Shown here: positions 39,503 through 51,329 of the stretch, piece after piece
How the letters are laid out: each line of letters opens with the position of its first letter
How positions within the stretch are numbered: the first letter of the stretch is position 1
From: Gnetum montanum
Taxonomy: Eukaryota; Plantae; Gnetophyta
Direction of reading: 5' to 3'
Assembly (NCBI GenBank): GCA_015680685.1
Contig: MNCI01002045.1
Coordinates: 511,172 to 575,171, forward strand
Length of the DNA stretch: 64,000 nucleotides
The notes under the pieces: generated by a model
What the model was told of the DNA's origin: nothing
What the model saw: only the letters and a program-made list of their open reading frames with translations
Database searches by the model: none
Program-made: the position numbers and the translations under genes

Positions 39503-40621
39503 TTCATGGTTAGTCATTAATAACTTTTTTCATCCTTTTGCAAGCAAGTGAGCGGGCATACTACAACTCTCCTTCTACACCAAGTGAGTGAGCACACTAC
39601 AGTTCTAGAATAAAGCACTTACAATCTATGCAACTTGTGTTGCTAATGTGGCCTTCTACACTTTATCATCTATAGTTTGTTTGCATTTATATATTGTGTG
39701 GTTTTCCTACCTTCTTGGAGTTGTGTTTGTAGGATGAAGCCCCAAGTGGTTATGCAAAGGTACATCTCATCATAGTAGCAAGTCATCATATGACTCCAAT
39801 GTGCATGATTAGACTAGTTAAACCTCTCAAGAGTGCATATCCCTATTGTCCCATTATAGCCTACTCACATCTACTACTATATCCCAATACCGTTTCATTT
39901 TGCATGTAGCATGAAAACCTTTTTGATGCTCGTGTGTTATGACCACATGTCACCCTGTTCAAGTTAAATTGTAGAACCCAAGGTAGACCTAACATAAGTC
40001 ATCTCATGGGAAGCGTCGGTCGGTTGGTCAAAGCCCAGGTGGATGTAACATAAATCATCCCAAGGAGAATATCATATAAATGCAACATTGTTTCTTAAAT
40101 AGCAAAGCAAACCCCATCTAGTGACACATAACCCACTTGATGGGAAGCACCTTGCAGCAAGCATTTAGTAATGTGTAGAGCCTAGAGAAGATTCACCCTG
40201 CAAAAAAAGCAAAAAGTAGAAAAGAAAAGCAAAGGGAAAAGCACATCCCCAAGAAACCTAGCAGCAAAGCAATTTTGGAATTGGCTTAGCCCTAAATCTG
40301 CACCTTGACTCTCTCACAAGTAATTATATGAGAGATTAACATTTTCAAGGGCAAGCCACTTCGGTGCCATGGTCATCATTAGCCGTTATGTCCTTACATC
40401 ATAACATCCTGTTTGCACCTCATCTCCCCTTTTATTTGTAAAAAATCACCTACACCTTTTACTTTGACTTCTAAGCTACCATCTAGCATACCACTATCCA
40501 CAACACTCTTGAGCATGGTGCAGTGACATTTGATCATGCACTGAAGAGTGATGTTGGTGCCAAGTCTACTTTGATGTTTTGTTGTTCTTTATCAATGTCT
40601 CTCAGCCACTCCTCTAGACAT

Positions 40622-40638
40622 CAACAAATAGGGGCCAA
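40622..40638 (+). other. Polypurine tract of B
   Basis: CAACAAATAGGGGCCAA immediately before TGAAACACC. Confidence 0.75.
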
Positions 40639-42361
40639 TGAAACACCACCAAATTTGGACTATGGTGTCCTAGTTGAAAATTTTGGCAAAGTGTTGAAAC
40701 TATGCTCAACCCCTCTGTAGAGTGTAGAAAGTGTAGTCTCCCAAAGTGTAGTTAGTTGGAGGGAAAAATCTTGAAATTTTTCCTAAGTGTTAAGACTATG
40801 TTTCCATAAGCACATCAATCGAGAGCATAGGCAGCCTCTCTTGGAGAGCGTTGTTAGGAGAAGGTCAATTTTTGTAAATTTTGGCTAAGTGTTGAGACTA
40901 TGCTTTCCCATAGATGGGAGTGTAGTCAACCTCTTATAGAGAGCATAGCTAATAGGAAGGCTAGTTTTGCAAATTTTTTCTAAGTGTTGACACTATGCTC
41001 TCCACTAGATGGAAGCATAGTTAGCCTCTTATAGAGAGCGTAGTTAGTAGGAAGGCTAATTTTTGCAAATTTTTTCTAAGTGTTGACACTACGCTCACCC
41101 CTAGTTGGGAGCATAGTCAGCCTCTTGTGGAGAGCATAGTCTACAAAAAAAATCCATTTTCCTCACAGATTTTACTAGTAATGAGACTACACTCTTCCCC
41201 CAACCTAGAGTACAGTTAGCTTGTTATAGAGAGCGTAGTCAACCAGAATAGTCTCCAAAAACCTCCATAGCACAACAATGATACTCAGCTTAGCTCCAAA
41301 ATGTAGTCAACTTACATTCAACAAGAATAGTCATCAAAATATTTCCTTTTTGTATACACTTGGCCTGAAAATTGTAACTACACTCAACCTCACACAAGAT
41401 CGTGAATAGCATAGTCCCACGAAGTGTGGTCTTTAGCTTTCATTTTTAAGGTACCTTGCAGTCTTATTAGCATACACATGCAGTTGGTAGCATAGTCATA
41501 GTCTCATAGTCTCATAGGGTCTAGTAGAGCATAACAAAGCACAATGCCACTAGCCCCATTGGTACACCACATGAATAGTGACTATGTTGAGCATAGTTCC
41601 AACAATCCCCTCCTCCATGTGGCAGTCATCCCACATTTTCTGCTAATCCTAAACCTATAAGTATCCACGCCCTCAAAGTTTTTAGGATTGGAAAATCTAA
41701 GAGGTGCTTGGGAGAAAACCAAAGGCATAGTGACAAACTGGCGAATAGGTGAAGTGGCAGACCACTAGTAGAACATCAAATCTAGTATTACACAATGGTA
41801 GCCAAACCAGTAGATGTGGACACCTTGGTAAAACACTAGTCTTTGTGGCTAGACACCCTAAGGACTGTGATTACATTGTCCACCTACACCTACTGTACAC
41901 TATGTACCTTCTAAACTCCCTTCTGGTGTTAACTATGCTCAACCCCATTTTGGATGGTATTCTACTACATTTTCTTTGATTCTTTTCAATTTCTACACTT
42001 TATTTTCATTTTTCTTAGTTTTTACTATGTAAACATGCTTAAACTACGCTCAAGCGGTGGTCCTCACATGTTGAGATCATCCACCTCGCTAAAACTCTTG
42101 ACTACACTTGTCCCCTCTAGCACCTGTAACTATGCTTGACCACTAACACCACAAACACTACTTTCACCCTTAGCACCATCTTGTATTAGCATCGTAGCTA
42201 TCCATGCTACACCCCATTGCATATGGTAAGTCCCTATTCAATTGGCTAGACTGTTCAGGGCACCTCATCTTTGCCTATAGCAAGCCCTTGTGTAGATTCA
42301 GGGTTAGGCTATATGCCTATGGACCTTGGTGCTCTAGTCATTGATGTTTTTGATTGTCACA
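40639..42361 (+). repeat. 3' LTR of B
   Basis: TGAAACACC...GATTGTCACA, homologous to LTR A. Confidence 0.9.
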
Positions 42362-42865
42362 CTTGTACAAGGCTCATGTGCCGACAGAGGTTGCATAACC
42401 TTGTAATGGGCCAGGTGACCCTAGGGATGAGCCATGTAGGCCTCAGTGAGGGCTGTGTGAGCCTTGAAAAGGGGTTACATAGGCCTAGGCCACATCACCT
42501 AACGTATCCCCTTACCCATTGACTTCATCACCACCATCGCCAATGTGCAACTTCACCTGTCATGTTGCTTGCATTATTTGTGTTTCCTGCCTCGGTATCA
42601 TCTGCTACTTAGCCACCTAGTAGTCATAACTACTGATTCCTTTTGATCAACACCATTGACATGCCACCATAGCCATTGCTACCCTCGTGATGGGAAAATT
42701 CTCCATTAATAAATGGGGGATTTTTTTTGTCTATTGATGGAAAAATCGAAATTCTTTCCAATTGATGGGAAAATTCAAAATTCTCATCGACAAGCCATTA
42801 GTTAAATTAAAAATGTGTGGAAAATTTTTTAAAAATGAAATTTGACATGCTTGTAGCAACTTAGA

Positions 42866-42946
42866 TAAAAATTCTATAAATAAGCTTATTCATCTAGGAG
42901 TAGAACTGGGATGGGTGACTTGTTGGGAAGTCTTTATTTTTGCATC
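42866..42946 (+). other. 5S rRNA-derived fragment (Pol III internal control region; Cassandra-like)
   Basis: GGAGTAGAACTGGGATGGGTGACTTGTTGGGAAGTC...TTGCATC vs plant 5S GAGAGTAGTACTAGGATGGGTGACCTCCTGGGAAGTC...TTGCA. The 5' third of 5S is absent. Confidence 0.7.
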
Positions 42947-43471
42947 AAAGGTCCTTGATTTCAAAAGCCATAATTTTTAATTTTGAAAGTTTTTTTAATG
43001 AATGAAGAGTCATTTCCTATAGATTTCAACCTTTCAGACCCAATGGTGAAGTTAGATTCATCCTAGGAAACCATAAAAATTAGTTTCTACTCCTTGCCCA
43101 ACATCGTACCTCAACATACTCTAAAGTTTAATTTTCACATAACTTGAGTTTATGATGTTTATTTTCAACATATAAATAGTCTTTTCCAATATTTTTCACC
43201 CTTATAAACTCAATGGTGAGGTTATATTTATCATCTGGGTACCCAATAATTTAATGATATCATAAATTTTATTTTTTGAATTTAACCTTTTTGGGACCTT
43301 AAGATCCATATGGCATGTTATTAGTTAGATTGCCAGAGTTAGTGACTTTAAGGGGGTAAGAAAGGCCATTAAGAATTAGATGATGTAATTATATATTACT
43401 AAAATTAGATGATGTAGTTAAATATTACCAAAATTAGTTGGAGAATTAGTTGATGTATTAGTTGAGAATCA

Positions 43472-44763
43472 ATGGATGAAACAAAATGGTCTTCAAGATG
43501 TATATCAGTCCATCCTGTAATCAAAAACATATGACAGAAAAACATAGATATCCAAAATCTCATTTCAACAAGATGTATGATACCCATAAAGAAAACTGAT
43601 CCAAAGGATAATTCAAGAATAATAATGAAAATTGCAACATACAATGTGCTTGCAAGATCCTTAACGAGTGAGAAAGAACATCCGTTATGTCCATCATGGG
43701 CTTTGGATTGGCATGAATATCGATACCCATGCATTTTAGTAGAGTTACAAGATTTGGATGTTGATGTTTTATGCCTACAAGAAGTCTTTCCATGGGAGTT
43801 TCTATATCAATTCCAACTAGATTTGGAAAATATGGAATACGGAGGTATTTACAAGAAAAATGTTCTTATGGAAGTTCTTCTTTTGAGCCATATAAATTAG
43901 CCTATTACATAATTCATAACATGGATGGTTGCACAATTGTTTATAAAGAAACAAGGTTTAAATTAGTACAAATATTTGAATGTAATTTAGGAAATATGAT
44001 TTTTGAAATTCCAAAAATTCAAACCATGGAAAAGAAAGAATAGTCAAGATTTCAGAAAAATGACATAGCCTTGGCAGTGATTCTAAAAAGCCATTTATTA
44101 GGAAGATGTGTATGTGTGGTTAACACACATTTAATTTCCAAAACAACATGTTCAGATGTTAGATTATGTCAAGATGCATACTTGATTAAGAAAATAGAAG
44201 AAAGTTTGAAGAATAAGTTATTCCTGAGTTATATTGATCCAATTCCATTTATTCTTTGTGGAGACTTCAATGCAAAGCATGGAAGTGATGTCTATTAATT
44301 CTTAATATATGGATATGTAAAGGAATCCTTGGAAGATGAAACTAATTTGAAGAAGATGTTTCCATCAATTCAGTGTGAAATTCCATTTCCTAGTGCATAT
44401 TCTACTTACTTTGAATCCTTAAGAGATAAATTAGATTCTAGAATTTAGAAATAGATAATGTTGATGGATAGTACTCATCAAGAACCATAGTTTACCAATT
44501 ACTCTGTAATGATTAATGAGGATGGATCAACAACATTCTTCATTAAGACCCTAGATTATATTTGGTATGATATCCGATTCTTGAAAGTTACCAAGTTATT
44601 AGAGTTAATTTCTAAAGAAGAAGTTGAGAAGAATCAAGATCAAGCCTTGCCATCCCAAATAAGACCATCCGATTACATACCACTTATGGAAGAATTACAA
44701 TTACTCCCATTAATTCATAAGGTTGATCAAGATCATGAAGTATCTCATCCTTACTTTTATTAA
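43472..44763 (+). pseudogene. CCR4: Intronless CCR4-like deadenylase (EEP nuclease superfamily) pseudogene
   Basis: TYNVLA, CPSWALDW, DVLCLQEV, DGCTIVYK, VVNTHL, ILCGDFNA, EP*FTNY, TLDYIWY, LPSQIRPSDY in the correct order. One frameshift at ~43860-43900 and several stops. Confidence 0.88.
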
Positions 44764-45740
44764 TAATATTATTATTTTATTCTTTTTTTAATTTATATTT
44801 CAATTAGATTAATAAAATATCTAAGGTAATGAAAAATTGAGAATAAAAGAATTTGCCCTGCCTTCACTTGGGAAATCAAATTCGAGTTGTACTTTGTGTG
44901 ATGCTATTAAGGATTGGTGATTGATGATTGATATATCTTTAATTTACTTCTTGTCATTATCTTAGAAAATGAAGTAAGCATTAATAAAGTAATATTTAAT
45001 TTTCCATATATTCTTCTCACATATTTTTTTTTGTAGAATAAGTAAGAAACAACTTCTAGTTCAAAGAAGAAATCAAATTATTGAAGTAAAGGATCATGAA
45101 AGAAAGCATTGGAACTAGAAAAATATAGAGAACATGCACTCATTTGAGGATGAACGACACCTGGGGGGGTGGTAGATTTTCACGTTCCCATTCCCAAATG
45201 ATGTTGTTGCCTAATGAAGATGGTGCCTTTCATAACAACTGTTATTGTTATCTTAACAAAGCCCTGAAAGGGTAGTTGTAATTAAGACTTTAAAGGGCAT
45301 GTTGTAATGATGTACATGTCTCTTAAGGTAACCTTTGGGGATTTGACCTAAGGCATTTATACCTAGGGTTAGAGATCATGCCAGCATGGAGTGGCGGAGT
45401 TGGTATAGGCAAGTCATAGGAGCTAGGTGAAGTGGGATAGGAAATGGAGTAGCCGTCTCTTCAGTTGGGTTATAGGCCTAACCGTGGTGGCAGTGCTAGA
45501 TTGCCTCTAAGGGATAGATGGAAAAGGAAGAAAACTCCAAGGAACACTCTCAGAGCACAATCTGGATATGCTATTCCATATTAATAAAGCATTCTTTTCT
45601 TTCTCTTTTTTCATTTTTTCTATTATTTTCTTTATACATAATGTCAAATATCACATATATTTCACATTTGGTATATTTTATTCATACGTATAATGTATAA
45701 TATATAATATATTTGATATTTTCCATGACATTTGGGGACA

Positions 45741-46494
45741 AGATGTCATATATAGGAAGATGTCTTACAATAGATGTCTCTCTAGCATTAAGAGCTAACT
45801 TATGTATATGTCTAAACTTTGAAGTAGATGTCTATACTAGCCATTTAATAGTCATTGCATGAATTCCAAGGAGTTTTCAAAAAATCCAAGGTTATAGTAC
45901 TATCAAAATCTTTGGAATTTGGCAAGCACTATTTAAGAAAGGGATTCATCATTGGATCTCTAAGGAAACTAGTCTTTGTTCCTCATTGTATTATTAATTA
46001 TGTGTGTTGATTGTGTTGATCTTTAAGTTGAAGAATCTATAAATTCAGTTATATTTTTTTGTTATATCTTTTCTTTCTTTCTTGTAGCCTTGCAGGGTTG
46101 ATGTGCTTCTTGCAAGAAGACATCCTTGTTGAGCTTGTTAGGATCCTTCAGGATTGAGTCGTTTTGCGGTGTCAAAACTCTTTGGTGTGGAGCTTAATTT
46201 TGTAAAGGTTATGGGATCCTCTAAACCAAATTTTTAAGATTTTTGGGACCTTATGGGGTTGAGTGTTTTCATGGTGATAAAACACTCCAAAGTGGAGCTT
46301 AAAGCTTATACAGGGTATTGTGATCTTCAAACCACATTTTGAAGAAACAAAGTCCAAAGATATGCATGGATTTTACCCTCTAAGTGTGGATGTACTCAAG
46401 TTGGGGAACCATGTTAAATTGATGTGTTCTTGTGGCTAAAGCATTTTTAAAATTGGGTAACTTATTCAACCTCTTTCTAAGTTCTTGATCCACA
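45741..46494 (+). repeat. 5' LTR of the copia element (5'-truncated)
   Basis: Collinear with ~50550-51324. Confidence 0.85.
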
Positions 46495-47179
46495 GGTGGT
46501 GTTAGAGTTTGGTAATCTCATGTGGATAACTCAACATGAACATGGAATAGGAAAGTAATATTAGATCATCAATAGCTATTAGATTTAATTAGAAAAATAG
46601 ATTTATATGCTTCATCAAATTCATCTTGAAAAGCTGCATTCAACTCTTCTACTACATAAGTAAAGGTAAAATTTATATTTCCTCTTCTACATTCAGATGG
46701 AAATGCAATGGAAGAGGCCATATGGCCTCAAAAACTGATTGTAACTATAGGTCCAGCAACATATATAATAATTTGGAGAATAAAAGAAATTCAAAGGATG
46801 CATCAAAGGCTACTCATCATCTATGTCCTACCTTAACAAATTAAGAATATATTGAGGATTACAAATGTCATCATAAAGAAGATGAAATCTCCTTCAAAGA
46901 AAGGTATGAGTTGATTTGCCATGAAATTATTTCCTTTCAAAGTCTATGCTTGAAAATGAAAAAAATATTTCATGANAAGACTTAGGATCTTAAATTGCTT
47001 TTATTATGAAAAATTTGGACATGTTTAGGCTTTTTGTCATCTATGGATGAAACATTACACTTGGCCTTTTCAAAAATAGCCTAGACGAGGTGACTTACAG
47101 GGAAAGAAAGTTTGGAAGATGAAAGATAATAAATCTAAAAAAAACATGATGGCTTAAGTTGCTTTCTTGACTATTAAAA

Positions 47180-49735
47180 CAAGCACATGATATATTGATA
47201 GTAGTTGTTTAAGACATTTGATAGGAGATAAATCCTAATTCTTACACTTTTTAGAATAGAATTGTGGAACCTTCACATTTGGAGATGATATGGAAGCTTC
47301 TATTATAGGTATTGGTAGTGTAGGAGGGAAAAGTAAGGGTCAACCTATAGTAAATAAAGTTTTCTTTGTTAAAGGACTAAAGCATAATATTATTAGTGTC
47401 AATCAACTTTGTGATGTTATTTTTTCAAAAGAAACTTGCAAAATAAAAGATTTAACTTCGAGAAACATTGTTATAGAAGGAACTAGAAAGGAAAATGTTT
47501 AAACCACTGTATTTGGAGATAATCCTAACCTTGAATCCAAGTGTTTGATCAATAATATAGATGATGCTCATATGTGGCATGGAAAATTAGGCCACATAAA
47601 AAAAGAAATTCTTCAAACCCCAGTGATAAAGGAAATGGTTTGTGAATTGCCTAAACTCAAAAATTTCAATTTGAACACCTATGAAGCATGCCAAAAAGGG
47701 AAGAAAACGAGGGTACAGTTTGGTAAGAAAATTTTTCATGTCTACCTCTCATCCCTTAGATTTACTTCACATGGATTTGGTTGGTTCTTCTTAAATGCTT
47801 ATTTTTAGAAAGAAAAGGTATTTTCTAACCATTGTTGATGACTACTCTCATTTTACATAGGTTACCTTTATATATCACAAGGATGAACTATTTGATCATT
47901 TCCTAAGAATTTGTAATTAGATACATAAAGAAAAAGGCTATGGTATCAAACTCATTAGGAGTGATAATGGATGTGAATTCAAAAATGCTAAATTTCAACA
48001 ATATTGTCAAATGAATGACATTCTTCATCAATTCTCTAATACAAGGACTCCTCAAAAAAATGGTGTAGCTAAAAGGAAGAACAAGATCTTGAATGAAATG
48101 GGGAGAACTATATTGAATGACAAAAATATTCCTTATCATTTTTGTGCTAAAGTGATCAATACTACATGCTATGTCTCTAATAGAGTATTTACAAGAAGAT
48201 TCACTACTAAAAATTCCTATGAATTATGTATTGGTAGAAAATCTTCAGTTGGTTATTTTCATGTTTGTGGTTCTAAATGTTATATTCTTAATGATAAAGA
48301 TGCTTTGAGAAATTTTGATTCTAAAATTGATGAAGGCATTTTCCTAGAATACTCTTCTATTAGTAGGGTTTATAGAGTCTTCAAAAAAAGAACTAATGTT
48401 GTGAAAGAGACTATAAATGTTAAAATTAATGATAGTAACATTACTTCTTCACAACTTGATGATAAAGTACTTCCCATTCAAAAGTTAGCTAGTATCTTCT
48501 GAGTTCAAATTGATAAAAATTCAAAAATAGATAGTGAACATGAGGATGAACATGAGGAGATGTCTCCACTTATACCTAAAATGCATAGACTTAGTAGATC
48601 ATACTCTCTCAATGATTCCATTTGACAAGTATAAGACAAGATCTACACTAGGAGCCAAACTAAGGAAATATGTGTCTATGTTGCACATCTCTCACAACTA
48701 GAATCCAAAAATTTCAAAGAAGTAGAAGAAGAAGAAGGGTGGATTTTAGCTATGTAAGATGAACTAAATCAATTCACTAGGAATGATGTATGGGAATTGA
48801 AACCTAAACTAAGCCATAAATTGATTATTGGCACAGAATGGGTATTTAGGAACAAAACTGATGAAGATGGAAATATCATTAAAAATAAAGTAAGACTAGT
48901 CCCAAACTGATATAATTAGCAAGAAGGAATTGATTTTGATGAGACTTTTGCTCTTGTTGTAAGACTTGAATCTATTAGACTTCTTTTAACATATGTAAGC
49001 ATTAAGAACATCAAGCTATATCAAATGGATGTGAAAAGTGCCTTTCTAAATGGGACCATTCAAGAGGAGGTATATGTTGAACCACTTAAAGGATTTTTAG
49101 ATCCCATTAATCTTGATCATGTTTATAGGCTCAAGAAGACTTTCTATAGGCTCAAATAATTCCCTAGTGCTTGGTATGAAAGACTCTCACAATACCTTAT
49201 ATGCAATGGCTTCGAAAGAGGTAGGGCTAATGGTATGAAAGACTCTCACAATACCTAATGTTACTTTATTTCTCAAGCATGAAGGTAATGATTACTTATT
49301 ATTCAAACTTATGTTGATGATATTATTCTTGGTGCTACTAATGACATTCTATGCAAGAAATTCTCAGATCTCATGCAATTAGAATTCAAAATGAGCATGA
49401 TGGTAGAGATTAATAATTTTCTTGGATTTCAAATCAATTAGATAAAAGATGAAACCTTTATTTGTCAAACTAAGAACATTAAAGATCTACTACGCAAATT
49501 CAACTTGGTATAAGTAAAGGTAAAAAATACTCCTATGTTAGCAAATTTCAAGCTCACCAAAGATGATCAAGGAAAACCTATTGATCTCAAGCTTTATAGA
49601 GGTATGATAAGTAGCCTAGTTTGTTTAATGACTAGTAGGCCAGATATAACATTAAGTGTAGGAATTTGTTCAAGATATCAGGCAAATCTAAAAGAATCTC
49701 ATCTAAATGTTGTTAAACATATTTTTCATTATCTA
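47180..49735 (+). pseudogene. Copia pol: protease, GAG-pre-integrase, integrase, RT
   Basis: YIDSSCLRHL, WHGKLGH, TPQKNGVAKRKN, YQMDVKSAFLNG, YVDDIILG, SRPDITLSVGICSRYQ. Confidence 0.92.
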
Positions 49736-49869
49736 NAACAAAAATGGCTAGAAAACTCCCCCTAAATTTATGTAGGAAAGAAAAAAAATATGTTTTTAGA
49801 TTTAAAAGTGGCTATGTTTTATTGAAAATTAAGGTGAAAATTTGCTTGATAGGGCAAGGTCCTTTTCCC

Positions 49870-50285
49870 ATGTATTTACAGAGTAGTGAGTTACTATTCA
49901 TCGAGAAGCTTGGTGAAAGCATGTGCAATTTGATTTTCTATTCCAATGAACTCCGACTTTAAATGTCCAATTTCAATGTGTTCTTGTATAAAATGGTGAC
50001 GAATTTTGATGTGTTTAGTGCAAGAATGTTGGATAGGATTCCCTGTCATGTTGATGGTGTTGATGTCGTCAAAATAGATTGGTGTAGATTGGGGTTTAAT
50101 TCCTAAATCTTCAAACATTTCTTTCATCCACAAAATTTTTGCACAAAAACTTATAGCTAAAATGTACTTGGATTTAGCTATAGAAAGTGTTGTGGATGTT
50201 TTCTTTTTGGTTGCCCAAGAGATAATACTTTTTCCTAGGAAAAATAAATTTCCACTAGTGCTTCAATAATCATCTAAGCAACCTG
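49870..50285 (-). pseudogene. Copia RNase H segment, inverted relative to its element
   Basis: ISWATKKKTSTTLSIAKSKY..NPIQHSCTKHIKIRHHFIQEH..QIAHAFTKLL on minus, inside a block bounded by N at 49736 and 50286. Confidence 0.88.
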
Positions 50286-50286
50286 N

Positions 50287-51324
50287 TGTATATGTGATTG
50301 TGAGTTTTTAGGGCCATGAACAAGAACTTCACATGGAGGTCTAAGATTTCAAGAAATGAGATCTATGGTGAGATGGGAAAATGAAGACTGAGTGGACTAG
50401 ATGAGAGCATGAAAGGAAAAAAAATCTACAAATCAAGCGAAGATGATTTAAAGATTACTGAGAAGCCCAAGAGTCAAAAAAATGCTTCATCTCTCAAAGT
50501 GCTTCTAAGAGTAGACGTTTGGTAGGAACAATAGATGTCTAACTTACACAGTAGATGTATACAGGAAGACATCTTATTGTAGATGTTTATTTTTCTAGGT
50601 AGACAACTCTCTAACATTGAGTGCTATCTCAAGTAGACATTTAAACTTTGAAGTAGACATTGATATTAGTTGTTTGATAGTTGTTGCATAGATTTTGAGG
50701 AGTGCTCAGAAACTCCAAGACTATAAGACAATGTCAATATCTTAGGAATATTGTAAGCATTATTAAAAAATGGGATTCATCATTGGCTCTCTAAGAGAAT
50801 TAGTCTTTGTTCCTCATTGTATTATCAATTGCGTGTATTGATTTTGTTGAGCTTCAAGTTCAAGGATTTGTAAATTCAGTTACATTCTTTCCTTGTATCT
50901 TTTCTTTCTTACTTGTAGCCCTATGGGTTTGATTTGCTTTTTACAAGAAGGCATCCTTATTGAGCTTGACAGGATCCTGTGGGATTTAGTGGTTTTACGA
51001 CATCAAAACTCTTTGATGTGGATCTCAATTTTGTAAAGGTTGTGGGATCCTCTAAATCACATTTTTAGCTTGTCAGGACCTTGCAGAATTGAGTAGTTTG
51101 GTGGCAGAAAAACACTCTAGAGTAGAGCTCAAAGCTTTTATAGGGTATGGTGCCCTTCAAACCACATTTTGAAGAAACAAAGTTTGTAGGTGTACATATA
51201 TTCTACCCTCCAAGTGTGGATGTACCCAAGTCGGTGAACCACATAAAATTGGTGTGTTCTTATGGCTAAAGCCTTTTTAAAATTGGAGAACTTATTCAAC
51301 CCCCTTCTAAGCTCTTGATCCACA
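50287..51324 (+). repeat. 3' LTR of the copia element
   Basis: Homologous to 45741-46494 and ends CACA. Start is uncertain because it abuts an N. Confidence 0.8.
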
Positions 51325-51329
51325 TATTT

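Larger units (their letters stand above)
8119..42361 (+). mobile_element. Ty3/gypsy Tat-lineage LTR retrotransposon B (5' end outside the window), interrupted by element C
   Basis: gag-PR 8119-10783, spacer with antisense gene, RT-RH-aRH-INT 16903-19469 plus 38185-39055, PPT, 3' LTR TG...CA 40639-42361. Confidence 0.92.
45741..51324 (+). mobile_element. Ty1/copia LTR retrotransposon (SIRE-like), decayed, gag largely missing
   Basis: PR-INT-RT-RH order. Two LTRs ending CTTATTCAACC..TTCTAAG.TCTTGATCCACA. PBS TGGTGTTAGAGT (iMet-like) at 46497-46508. Confidence 0.88.

Noticed and set aside
6305-42361. LTRs at 6305-8118 and 40639-42361 as terminal inverted repeats of one giant element
   Set aside because: Each has its own PBS or PPT and belongs to a separate, oppositely oriented copy (A and B).
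42866-42946. Functional 5S rRNA gene
   Set aside because: The 5' part is missing, there are many substitutions and it is not in a tandem array.
43577-44763. LINE APE endonuclease
   Set aside because: Motifs (CPSWALDW, FTNY, LPS..PSD) are CCR4-type and no LINE RT follows.
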